Source: a virus. Taken from it: a DNA stretch of 39,231 nucleotides. Every line of letters begins with the position of its first letter. Position 1 is the first letter of the stretch. Below the pieces are notes generated by a model. The model was not told the origin of the DNA. It searched no databases and worked only from the letters and a program-made list of their open reading frames with translations. The stretch is from the UHGV virus genome UHGV-0391786; one strand, 5' to 3'. Positions 28,793 to 36,738 of the stretch are shown here, piece by piece. The translations under genes were made by a program, and so were the position numbers.

Positions 28793-29245
28793 ATGAAGAA
28801 AATGGAACAGTTGGCAAATGTAAAAGCGTTTTTATGCATGGTGTTTGGAGCCATTGTTGGAGGATTTGTAAATCTGATTGGAGGATGGTCCGAGGATTTG
28901 ACTACATTACTTATTTTTATGGGAGCAGACTTTGTTCTCGGACTTCTGATCGCTGCCTTTTGGAAAAAGAGCAACAAATCAGAGAACGGGGCACTGAGCA
29001 GCTACTCTGCATGGAAAGGTCTGTGCAGAAAAGGGGTATCCCTACTGATCGTACTTATTGCATATCGGCTGGATGTCACTCTCGGCGTAGACTACATCCG
29101 CACAGCCGTAGTACTGGCATTTATAGCAAATGAGGGTATCTCGATTTTGGAAAATGTTGGAATTATGGGTGTGAAATATCCGGAAGCGTTAAAAAAAGCA
29201 CTGGATGTTTTAACAAATAAATCACGGGAGCAGGAGGGCGAGTAA
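28793..29245 (+). CDS. holin (Phage_holin_4_1/TcdE-like)
   Basis: 150 aa, three hydrophobic TM segments, charged C-terminus, immediately upstream of the endolysin. Confidence 0.8.
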   Translation: MKKMEQLANVKAFLCMVFGAIVGGFVNLIGGWSEDLTTLLIFMGADFVLGLLIAAFWKKSNKSENGALSSYSAWKGLCRKGVSLLIVLIAYRLDVTLGVDYIRTAVVLAFIANEGISILENVGIMGVKYPEALKKALDVLTNKSREQEGE

Positions 29246-29291
29246 TCGTCCTCTTTTATTGTGCGTCATCGCACGGGAAGGAGAGAAAAAC

Positions 29292-30266
29292 ATGAGTATT
29301 TGTCGTGGAGTAGCAGGAAACAGAGGAAGAAATCCGGTAGGAATTTTTTTCCACAATGACGCTGGAAGCAAGAACGCCAATGCAGAATTTTATAGAAATT
29401 GGTTACAGACACATCCTCTGGAAAACGGATTTGCGCACTATTATGTAGCGCAGGATGGAATCTTGCAGGCAGAGGATGACTGGAATTGCGCTTGGCACTG
29501 CGGAGACACAAACGGGAACTTAAATTATCTCGGCATCGAAACGTGTCAGAGTATGGGTGATCTGGATGTATTTAAAGCAAATGAGGAAAAAGCATTGCAG
29601 CTGGCAGCACAGAAGTGCAAGCAATATGGAATCACACCAAGTACAAGCACGATAAGGCTACATCAGGAAGTGTATGCTACATCTTGCCCTCACAGATCTG
29701 TGGAGATTCACGGTGGCAGGGAAGCTACAAAATCCTACTTTATTAAACGGATTAAGGAGTACATGGGTGGTAATGTCACGCCGCCAACTTATGTATCTGG
29801 AGGACAGGCGCAGGCTCAAGCTGCACAGAGACAGCCGGAAGTAGTATTTACTTACGCCGTCAAACTGGAGGACGGACGCATCTTGCCGTTCGTGCGGAAT
29901 CTTACAGACTTTGCCGGGATTCAGGGCAAGCGCATCACGGATGTAGCTATTAAGGTAGACAAAGGCTCCGTAAAATACAGAGTCCACGTGATCGGAAGAG
30001 GGTGGCTACCTTATGTGACAGGATGCAACTGGAAAGATCACAATAATGGTTATGCCGGTACAGGACAGCCAATTGACGCAATCGAGGTGTACTACAATAC
30101 TCCAGCAGATTATGCGGCAAAATACGGCTACCAGAAAGCCCAGTACCGTGTCAGCCCTGTAAATGGAGCTTACTGGTCATGGCAGTATGATAACGAGACT
30201 GGAAACGGACAGGACGGATATGCTGGAGCGTTCGGACAGGCAATCGATCGGTTCCAGTTGTTCTAA
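29292..30266 (+). CDS. endolysin: N-acetylmuramoyl-L-alanine amidase (Amidase_2/PGRP) with two C-terminal ChW cell-wall-binding repeats
   Basis: GGAAGGAGAG RBS before ATG 29292; His/Cys zinc-amidase motifs (FFHNDAG, CPHRS); C-terminal YRVHVIGRGW...GYAGTGQPIDAIEV and GYAGAFGQAIDRFQ resemble the clostridial ChW domain. Confidence 0.8.
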   Translation: MSICRGVAGNRGRNPVGIFFHNDAGSKNANAEFYRNWLQTHPLENGFAHYYVAQDGILQAEDDWNCAWHCGDTNGNLNYLGIETCQSMGDLDVFKANEEKALQLAAQKCKQYGITPSTSTIRLHQEVYATSCPHRSVEIHGGREATKSYFIKRIKEYMGGNVTPPTYVSGGQAQAQAAQRQPEVVFTYAVKLEDGRILPFVRNLTDFAGIQGKRITDVAIKVDKGSVKYRVHVIGRGWLPYVTGCNWKDHNNGYAGTGQPIDAIEVYYNTPADYAAKYGYQKAQYRVSPVNGAYWSWQYDNETGNGQDGYAGAFGQAIDRFQLF

Positions 30267-30272
30267 TAAAAA

Positions 30273-30300
30273 CCCCCTCGGAGATCAGCTCTCTGAGGGG
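30273..30300. terminator. bidirectional hairpin terminator between convergent lysis and integrase genes
   Basis: ccccctcggaga-tcagc-tctctgagggg; A-tract upstream gives a U-tract on the minus strand. Confidence 0.6.
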
Positions 30301-30421
30301 TGAATATTGTATCATTTTCGTGTATATTTATAATATGTAAAAATATTATAGGTTATTGCTATTTGGTGGCCCGGATTGCAGTAACCTATAACATATCCGT
30401 AAACCCTTATAAACAGAGGGC

Positions 30422-31840
30422 TCACGAGATATAAAGGTGGAAGATCAGTTTGCCGTTTTTCTTGTCATAAACGATATCCTCTACCAAACTTCTCATAAAA
30501 ATGCCTTTCGTATCATAGTCTATCGCATCATTTTTAATCACATCGTATACAGTTTGCACGTTCTTGAGCACATCAGATTTTGTTTTCGTATCTCCATTAT
30601 TCTTGTCGAGATTTTCCAGTTGCATCAAAATATCTTCCCTGTCTTTTTGCAGACGCTCTTTGTTCCGTTTATATTCTTCCAAAGTATCTACTTCATTCTC
30701 ATAAGCGAGACGGATCCGTTTCTCCCTGTTGGAAATTTTATCAAGTTCAGACAAGAGTGATTCACGTTCTGATATCTTCTCACCGGTCTCGGCAGAGTGG
30801 TAAGAGTATTCAAAATCCATACCGGAAAGAAGTTTTTCAAAATACTCTTCCAGTGCAGCGATCACTTTTTTCTCTGATATCGAACAGGATTCGGTATGTA
30901 CTCCTTTGCTGTACTTATAGCACTGGAAACCAGGTGAGTGCCTGTTTGCGCCATTGTAGGCGAGAGAGGCCCCGCAGTATCCGCATTTTAAAATCCCTGA
31001 TAACCAATGTTTACATGAGGATACATCACGGCGTTTCAGTGGCCTATATGTAGTTTGTATCTTTTTCATGCGGGCTTCGAAGCGTTCTTTTGAGTAATGG
31101 ACTTCATGCGTTCCCATGAATGTTATCCCATTCCACGCGACAAGACCATAATAGAATGGATTTTTCAAGATTCTTTCTACGCTACGGGATTCGAAAGGGT
31201 TCCCTCGTCTTGTGCGGACTCCCATATCGTTTAGCTTTCTTGTTATCTTTGTGGTATCTGAGTTGTGGTAATCAAATTCATCACAGATAAAATCCACGAC
31301 CTTCATTTCATCCGGATCAATTTTATAAGGATCTCCGTTTCCAACAGCACGATACCCAAAAGGTGGGGACATCTGGTATCCTTTTTTTGTAGCCTTTTCT
31401 TTCATCCCTCTTAGGACTTCGCCAGAAAGCCGGATAGAGTAGTATTCATCCATCCATTCAATGATTCTCTCGATTAAAGAGCCGAATGGACCATCTATCA
31501 AAGGTTCTGACACACTCACAACATCAACGTTGCTTTGCTTCCGCAGCAGGGATTTGTATACGATAGATTCTTCTTGATTTCTTGCGAATCTGCTGAATTT
31601 CCAAACCAGAATCACATCAACCGGATGATCGGATGATTTTGCAAGCCCGATCATTTTTTGAAATTCCGGCCGTTTATCGGCTTTTCTTCCTGATATCCCA
31701 ATCTCAAAGAAAACTTTCAAAATGATAATATTGTTTTTGGCAGCATATTCCCGTAATAGTTTCTCTTGCGAATCCGGAGAAAGTTCTTCCTGCTTATCAG
31801 TGGATACACGGACGTAACCATAGGCATATCTTGCGCTCAT
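30422..31840 (-). CDS. int: large serine recombinase (serine integrase)
   Basis: N-terminal YAYGYVRVSTDKQ resolvase catalytic motif, central recombinase domain, Cys-rich zinc ribbon and coiled coil; 472 aa; GAGGAG RBS. Confidence 0.9.
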   Translation of the reverse strand: MSARYAYGYVRVSTDKQEELSPDSQEKLLREYAAKNNIIILKVFFEIGISGRKADKRPEFQKMIGLAKSSDHPVDVILVWKFSRFARNQEESIVYKSLLRKQSNVDVVSVSEPLIDGPFGSLIERIIEWMDEYYSIRLSGEVLRGMKEKATKKGYQMSPPFGYRAVGNGDPYKIDPDEMKVVDFICDEFDYHNSDTTKITRKLNDMGVRTRRGNPFESRSVERILKNPFYYGLVAWNGITFMGTHEVHYSKERFEARMKKIQTTYRPLKRRDVSSCKHWLSGILKCGYCGASLAYNGANRHSPGFQCYKYSKGVHTESCSISEKKVIAALEEYFEKLLSGMDFEYSYHSAETGEKISERESLLSELDKISNREKRIRLAYENEVDTLEEYKRNKERLQKDREDILMQLENLDKNNGDTKTKSDVLKNVQTVYDVIKNDAIDYDTKGIFMRSLVEDIVYDKKNGKLIFHLYIS

Positions 31841-31952
31841 TTTAGATCATCTCCTCATTTAATTTATGTAAAAATAGGTACAAAAATAACAGCCAGCACA
31901 TGAACAAATGTTCTGGATTGTGTAGCTGTCCCGAAGATGATACAATATTCTT

Positions 31953-32024
31953 GGCTTCAGATTGCATATCTTCGGATATGTATTACCGTCTCGGTGTTGG
32001 TAGCACCGGGGCGGTTTTTATTTT
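31953..32024 (+). ncRNA. candidate small RNA (promoter, UUCG-tetraloop hairpin, intrinsic terminator) in the int-upstream spacer
   Basis: TTGTGT at 31918-31923, 17-nt spacer, TACAAT at 31941-31946; hairpin CATATC-TTCG-GATATG 31965-31980; terminator stem 31986-32014 followed by TTTTTATTTT. Confidence 0.3.
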
Positions 32025-32104
32025 ATTCTCCTAAAGAATTTAATGAATTCATTATGTCTTCTGTGCTCATTCCGGCAGCAGAGTCAGTGTACTTTTTGAC
32101 GCGG

Positions 32105-33070
32105 TTATATTATTTTAGCTCCTTTTTTACGGTTGCAACGCCAACAAAGAGTCTGAAGATTATCTTCTGTTGTCAGTCCACCTTTAGAAATTGGAACTAT
32201 ATGGTCTATCTCAAGCAGTAAATTTGGTTCTTTCTCTACGGATGCACCGCAGTTTTTGCATGTAAATTCATCACGTTCTTTAATTTTCTGTCTCAGCTTA
32301 CTTGTCATGAGTGCTCGTTGGCCGGCTGCGCTTTTATTGAATTTTATTTTTTCCGAAAGAAATATCACAAAACGATTCAGATTATCAATATCCATCACAA
32401 CATCGCACTGAGTAGAAGCATTTCCACCAGGGCTTACATATTTAAAAATATACTTCGGAAAATACGCAGTCCCCATATCAATTTCATCAAACCCGAGTTC
32501 TCTTTCAAGCTTTGTTTTACCTATTTTCCTTATAAGTAAGGGAACTTCACTCTGAATACTTTCAATTATTCCGTTTTTTTCCGTTTTTAGTTTAGTTTTT
32601 CCCTCTTCAGCAGCTTCAAAATTATTCAGAATATTTTCGAAAGCAGACAAATTTTCTTCAGTCGCCTTTATTCCGAAATATTTACATATATACTCAAACG
32701 GCTTTTTCTTTGCATTATTGCACACAGTACGAGAGCAGTCGTGGATGTTCGGCAAATACTCCTGATTATTTAAGTGTTTCCGCTTGTAGTTCCATTTACT
32801 CCTATCTCTATAAAGCGCGTCGCCATAGTCTGTTTGGGTCGAAACAAGTTGTGTATGTTTCAGACGTTCGATATGACCGTTCAATTCGTTGCAATCATTT
32901 ATGTATGACTCTATTCTATCTTTTATTTGTAAAAACTTTCCACTTTTATAATAAAATAGTTCATACATCTTCCACGCAATAAAAATAAGCGCCAATACTA
33001 CAAAAACAGGCCATATTTCAATTGCGACTCCAATAATTATCAGCACAATAATAAAACCTATAAATTGCAT
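32105..33070 (-). CDS. membrane-anchored HNH endonuclease-domain protein (two N-terminal TM helices plus C-terminal HNH)
   Basis: Probable start ATG 33070 (GAGGG RBS; the ORF is open to 33094); hydrophobic FIGFIIVLIIIGVAIEIWPVFVVLALIFIAW; C-terminal CKNCG...EIDHIVPISKGG...DNLQTLCWRCNRKKG is a canonical HNH motif. Confidence 0.7.
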   Translation of the reverse strand: MQFIGFIIVLIIIGVAIEIWPVFVVLALIFIAWKMYELFYYKSGKFLQIKDRIESYINDCNELNGHIERLKHTQLVSTQTDYGDALYRDRSKWNYKRKHLNNQEYLPNIHDCSRTVCNNAKKKPFEYICKYFGIKATEENLSAFENILNNFEAAEEGKTKLKTEKNGIIESIQSEVPLLIRKIGKTKLERELGFDEIDMGTAYFPKYIFKYVSPGGNASTQCDVVMDIDNLNRFVIFLSEKIKFNKSAAGQRALMTSKLRQKIKERDEFTCKNCGASVEKEPNLLLEIDHIVPISKGGLTTEDNLQTLCWRCNRKKGAKII

Positions 33071-33121
33071 TAGTTTCCCTCTTTTCCCCTGCATTTCGCG
33101 TTATTTTATAATGTGGTTATA

Positions 33122-34177
33122 CTACTCCATATATCTTTTCACAACGGTAATCAGCTGATCACGATATTTATATAGATCATTGAGTGTTTCGATGTAAAAA
33201 CGTTCCATTTTCTTATTTTCATCTGGAATGAATAATTGCTTGTTTTTCTTGTCGAGATTTATCCTACAAATAGGCTTTCTATTATTATCTTTGTACAAGA
33301 TTCCAAAGTAGCTCTCTGTATCTCTATGTACTACATCGTTAACATCTACGGTTCCGGCGAGCATACCTCTTACAATGTAGAATGATTCGATTTCTTCTTC
33401 CGTAGTTACGATTTTTGATACGGGTTCTTCTGTGATTTCTTCTGTTTCTGTTTTTTCATCATCATTATCCTTTGATAAAGCAGAAGATATCTTGTTATTC
33501 ACGATTTCATTCACAAATGAGGAGAACGCCCTTTTTACAACAGGAGTGAATTTTTCTATCACTCTTTGGTTCTTCTGTCCGTCATATATATTCGTGAGTA
33601 CAAGCCTTACAAATTCTTCTGATGGTGATTCAAATTCATCTGACAACACACCTTTTATGAGCGAACTATATTTCAACTCTTCAGCTGTGCTGAATATTTT
33701 TTCTCTGTCGAAATTTTCCTTGCAAAACTTCCTTAATTCATTTATGGAAGAGTCTTTTAGGCTGAGCATGTTTATTTCAAGGAATGGAACCAGATCCATT
33801 TTATTCGCTTCTTCCAAATCCGTGTAAAATCTGTATATAATCCCGTTTGTCAGAATGCCGAATTTGGCAGGAGACGTTCCAAAATATCTGAATAGTTGTG
33901 AAGAATGTTTATCTAGCTGTTCGGAACAACTTTTGCATTCAATTAGAATGTTTGGTTCTCCATTATCCAAAATTGCATAGTCAACCTTTTCCCCTTTTTT
34001 AATGCCAACGTCCGCTGTATATTCCGGGCAAAACTCCAGTGGATTGAATACATCGTACCCAAGTATCTGAAACATAGGGACGATTAAAGACATTTTTGTT
34101 GCCTCTTCGGTAGATACAGTATCTTTCATCAGTGATACGCGCTCCGAAAATTGTTTAATAGATTCGATAAACTCCAT
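33122..34177 (-). CDS. PD-(D/E)xK nuclease-fold protein, type I restriction enzyme R-subunit N-terminal (HsdR_N/Mrr-like) domain plus unknown C-terminal domain
   Basis: ATG 34177 with AAAGGAGG RBS (the ORF track starts earlier, at 34210); motifs DYAILD...ILIECK and FGILTNG..YRFY typical of HsdR_N; acidic linker then a ~120-aa C-terminal domain. Confidence 0.65.
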   Translation of the reverse strand: MEFIESIKQFSERVSLMKDTVSTEEATKMSLIVPMFQILGYDVFNPLEFCPEYTADVGIKKGEKVDYAILDNGEPNILIECKSCSEQLDKHSSQLFRYFGTSPAKFGILTNGIIYRFYTDLEEANKMDLVPFLEINMLSLKDSSINELRKFCKENFDREKIFSTAEELKYSSLIKGVLSDEFESPSEEFVRLVLTNIYDGQKNQRVIEKFTPVVKRAFSSFVNEIVNNKISSALSKDNDDEKTETEEITEEPVSKIVTTEEEIESFYIVRGMLAGTVDVNDVVHRDTESYFGILYKDNNRKPICRINLDKKNKQLFIPDENKKMERFYIETLNDLYKYRDQLITVVKRYME

Positions 34178-34236
34178 ATTTCCTCCTTTTTGTACCTCAC
34201 ACCACTTCATTCTATATAAACGCTGTAGCGATTATA

Positions 34237-34677
34237 TCATTCAAAATCTTTCAATCTTAATTCAATCATTCTTTTATGATAACCGAATAATCTAGATAAT
34301 TGATCAGTAGTAAAATCCAGATGTTCTTCAATATCAGAATCTTGGATAAGTAAATTCAAAGCGAAACGATCAGCTTCCGTTTCAAATTTACTTGTCACAA
34401 AATTTGTTCTCGTATCCATGAATATAGCATTGCTATCTTTATGTAAGAACAAATGGCCAAGTTCATGAGCGATTACAAATAATAGTTCATTCTCTGGCAA
34501 TCGTTCATCCACGTATATGATGTGGTTCCTCTGAAAATAGTGGTAGAACCCACGAACTCCGTCTAATGGATGGAAAACAAGTATTGCATCCATTGCCTTT
34601 ACAATTTCAAGAGGATTTCTTGTGCCGTATTTTTGAACGATTTCATTCACACGTTCCTTAATATCCATAAGTATCAA
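34237..34677 (-). CDS. immA: ImmA/IrrE-family metallopeptidase (anti-repressor protease partner of the XRE repressor)
   Basis: HELGHLFLH HEXXH zinc motif; immediately downstream of, and overlapping, the XRE repressor gene. Confidence 0.8.
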   Translation of the reverse strand: MILMDIKERVNEIVQKYGTRNPLEIVKAMDAILVFHPLDGVRGFYHYFQRNHIIYVDERLPENELLFVIAHELGHLFLHKDSNAIFMDTRTNFVTSKFETEADRFALNLLIQDSDIEEHLDFTTDQLSRLFGYHKRMIELRLKDFE

Positions 34678-35102
34678 TCCTTTTTATACTTTTTAGGCGT
34701 ATATTTCTCTTTGTTCTTTTGTTTTGCCATTTCCATTCCAATTCTCATAGCTGAGAGAATAGAATCTATTGCTTCTGGGGATGCTGGATCGCCATCAAAC
34801 ATCAGGCCGTCTTGTTTAAGCAATGCTTCTGTATCATTCAAAATCGCTTCTATTTGTTTGGAATCTCTTTTTGTAAGAGAAGTATTGCCAGTTGCTTTTT
34901 GACGTTCCGGCTCTTTTCCTGTTTGTAAATACTCAACTGATACGCCAAAATAGTCGGCGATTTTTTGCATTTTATCAATTTTAGGAGTACTTAGTCCACG
35001 TTTCCAATCGCTTAGAGTTGACTGCGAAACTCCTGTTTCCTTACTCACCTTATAAGGAGTTACTCCGTTTTTCTGTAGTAATTCACTAAAAACCTCATAC
35101 AT
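34674..35102 (-). CDS. XRE-family HTH repressor (CI/ImmR-like)
   Basis: N-terminal HTH TPYKVSKETGVSQSTLSDWKRG; AAGGTGA RBS before ATG 35102 (ORF open to 35132); divergent from the cro-like gene. Confidence 0.8.
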   Translation of the reverse strand: MYEVFSELLQKNGVTPYKVSKETGVSQSTLSDWKRGLSTPKIDKMQKIADYFGVSVEYLQTGKEPERQKATGNTSLTKRDSKQIEAILNDTEALLKQDGLMFDGDPASPEAIDSILSAMRIGMEMAKQKNKEKYTPKKYKKD

Positions 35103-35132
35103 AATTTGTTCACCTTTCATAAAAATAAACAA

Positions 35133-35323
35133 TACTAAAGAAAACCGATAAAAAGTAATTGACTAAATCGGATTCACGTAGTAATATATGAGCATACACA
35201 AGAAAACCGTTGCAGTTTTCGGTGTATATGCTACGAACTGTTTATATATTTTGCTTGACAACCGAAGTATATCACATTTCCGTAGTAATTGCAACAACTC
35301 AAGATGTGAAAGGTGGTGTGAAA
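35133..35323. promoter_or_regulatory. divergent lysis/lysogeny switch region with promoters and candidate operators
   Basis: TTGACT-N17-TAATAT promoter on + (about 35157-35185); TTGACA at about 35255; palindromes GAAAAC-cgttgca-GTTTTC and AACCGAT..ATCGG; repeated CGTAGTAAT motifs. Confidence 0.55.
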
Positions 35324-35509
35324 ATGTACCAAAGATTTTTAGAACTATTGTGCAAAACAAACAAAACTCCGTATCGTGTGTCAAAAGATACAGGGATATC
35401 GCAATCTGCATTATCCGACTGGAAAACAGGGAGAAGCAAGCCGAAAGCAGATAAGCTAAAAATCTTAGCCGATTACTTCGGTGTATCAGTTGAGTATTTT
35501 TTGGAGTAG
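35324..35509 (+). CDS. Cro-like XRE HTH protein (61 aa), paralogous to the repressor HTH
   Basis: AAAGGTGGTG RBS before ATG 35324; TPYRVSKDTGISQSALSDWKTG closely similar to the repressor N-terminus. Confidence 0.7.
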   Translation: MYQRFLELLCKTNKTPYRVSKDTGISQSALSDWKTGRSKPKADKLKILADYFGVSVEYFLE

Positions 35510-35518
35510 GAGGAATTT

Positions 35519-35731
35519 ATGGCAGATGAATGGCTCGGAAGAGCAATCAATGATTATCTGGTAAAAAGAGGTATCAAACAGATTTTTTTATCACAAAAAA
35601 CAGGGATACCGAAACATAAGATATGTAGTTCGCTGAATGGCAAGAGACGGTTTACTTTTGAAGAATATGAGCTGATCTGCGGAGCACTTGAAGTGAATAC
35701 GGACAAGTTTATTAAACCGAAGAAATTGTAA
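35519..35731 (+). CDS. HTH (XRE-like) DNA-binding protein, 70 aa
   Basis: GGAGTAGGAGG RBS; LSQKTGIPKHKICS helix-turn-helix-like segment. Confidence 0.55.
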   Translation: MADEWLGRAINDYLVKRGIKQIFLSQKTGIPKHKICSSLNGKRRFTFEEYELICGALEVNTDKFIKPKKL

Positions 35732-35742
35732 AGGAGAAAAAG

Positions 35743-35892
35743 ATGTCTAAGAAAAGTCAAAAAAGTTTGTATGAAGAAATGGTAGAAGATTTATCGAAGT
35801 TCGTTATTCGCACTGCGAACAAGGACAATCCAACACCAGAAGAGCTTGCAGCAATGACTGAAATGGCAAAAATGCTATTCAGGACAATTTAA
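35743..35892 (+). CDS. hypothetical small protein, 49 aa (below the ORF-track threshold)
   Basis: AAAGGAG RBS 8 nt before ATG 35743; ends at a hairpin. Confidence 0.4.
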   Translation: MSKKSQKSLYEEMVEDLSKFVIRTANKDNPTPEELAAMTEMAKMLFRTI

Positions 35893-35894
35893 AA

Positions 35895-35916
35895 GTCCTG
35901 AGTATAAACTCAGGAC
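35895..35916. terminator. hairpin terminator (effective for the minus-strand small gene; shared by convergent genes)
   Basis: gtcctgagt-ataa-actcaggac perfect 9-bp stem; T-tract on the minus-strand side. Confidence 0.55.
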
Positions 35917-35922
35917 AAAAGA

Positions 35923-36057
35923 CTAATGGCTTGTACTTTTATGGTTTGCAAGGATTGTTCCTGCTTTAGATTTTGCGGAAGCTGATTTGCTTGTGGAAAG
36001 AGTTTTTCCAGCTTTGCTGACTTTAGCAGATGGCTTGCATGATTTGCCTTTTGCCAT
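35923..36057 (-). CDS. small Lys/Ser/Ala-rich basic protein, 44 aa (not in the ORF track)
   Basis: Minus-strand ATG at 36057 with AGAAAGGTGGTGA RBS; MAKGKSCKPSAKVSKAGKTLSTSKSASAKSKAGTILANHKSTSH; ends at the hairpin terminator. Confidence 0.45.
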   Translation of the reverse strand: MAKGKSCKPSAKVSKAGKTLSTSKSASAKSKAGTILANHKSTSH

Positions 36058-36263
36058 ATATTCACCACCTTTCTTATTAAAAATGAGATACCCCTAGTAA
36101 GATGGTACAACACAATATATGGAAAGCCAAATAAGAATCACGAAAAACACAATATAAAGTACGAAACATATGTTTTTGCACAATATTTAGTGAATAGTGC
36201 AACCTTGATATTATACCACTTTTTGTATAAAAATCAAGAAAATCACAATATATAGGAGGACTA

Positions 36264-36578
36264 ATGAACAATTTAACAGTATGTGAACAAAACGGTCAGC
36301 TACTCACCGACAGTAGAGAAGTAGCAATGACACAAGAAGAACGTAACGAATACTTATTAAAACACGAAAATTTTATTCGCTGCGCTCGGTGCAAAAATTT
36401 AATACACAGTTCAAACAAATATTGTCAATATTGTGGGTGTCCTAATGAAAAAGAACTCCAAGCTATTAAAAAAAGCAAGGAGCTCAGTTCCGATATTGTG
36501 CTTAATGGAAAGATTATTTCTCAAGCTGTTCGGAAAGCCATTTGTGATACAACTCAAGAAGACGGACGTTCATTTTAA
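36264..36578 (+). CDS. hypothetical protein with CxxC...CxxC zinc-ribbon, 104 aa
   Basis: TAGGAGG RBS; RCARCKN...CQYCGCPN motif. Confidence 0.5.
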   Translation: MNNLTVCEQNGQLLTDSREVAMTQEERNEYLLKHENFIRCARCKNLIHSSNKYCQYCGCPNEKELQAIKKSKELSSDIVLNGKIISQAVRKAICDTTQEDGRSF

Positions 36579-36738
36579 AACTGAATCCAGCTATAAATCC
36601 GGCTATTTCGTTAAAAGCATTAGGGTCTCCAAGAGATGTTTCAAGCGTTGGATAATCCTCATCATTAACGCCGTTGATATAGTCGATATCTTCTTGTGTT
36701 AACGATTTTTTAAATTCGTCAAAAGATTTAAGTACCAT
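36514..36738 (-). CDS. hypothetical acidic protein, 74 aa
   Basis: AAAGGAG RBS on the minus strand; 65-nt 3' overlap with the convergent gene 36264..36578. Confidence 0.45.
   Translation of the reverse strand: MVLKSFDEFKKSLTQEDIDYINGVNDEDYPTLETSLGDPNAFNEIAGFIAGFSFKMNVRLLELYHKWLSEQLEK

Noticed and set aside
30437-31053. Plus-strand ORFs 30437..30760 and 30580..31053 inside the integrase gene
   Set aside because: They are antisense to the clearly conserved serine integrase and have no RBS.
31937-32221. Plus-strand ORF 31937..32221 (94 aa) overlapping the sRNA candidate and the end of the HNH gene
   Set aside because: It has no RBS, a hydrophobic low-complexity translation, and runs through a strong terminator and into the opposite-strand gene. 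The promoter-hairpin-terminator RNA interpretation fits better.
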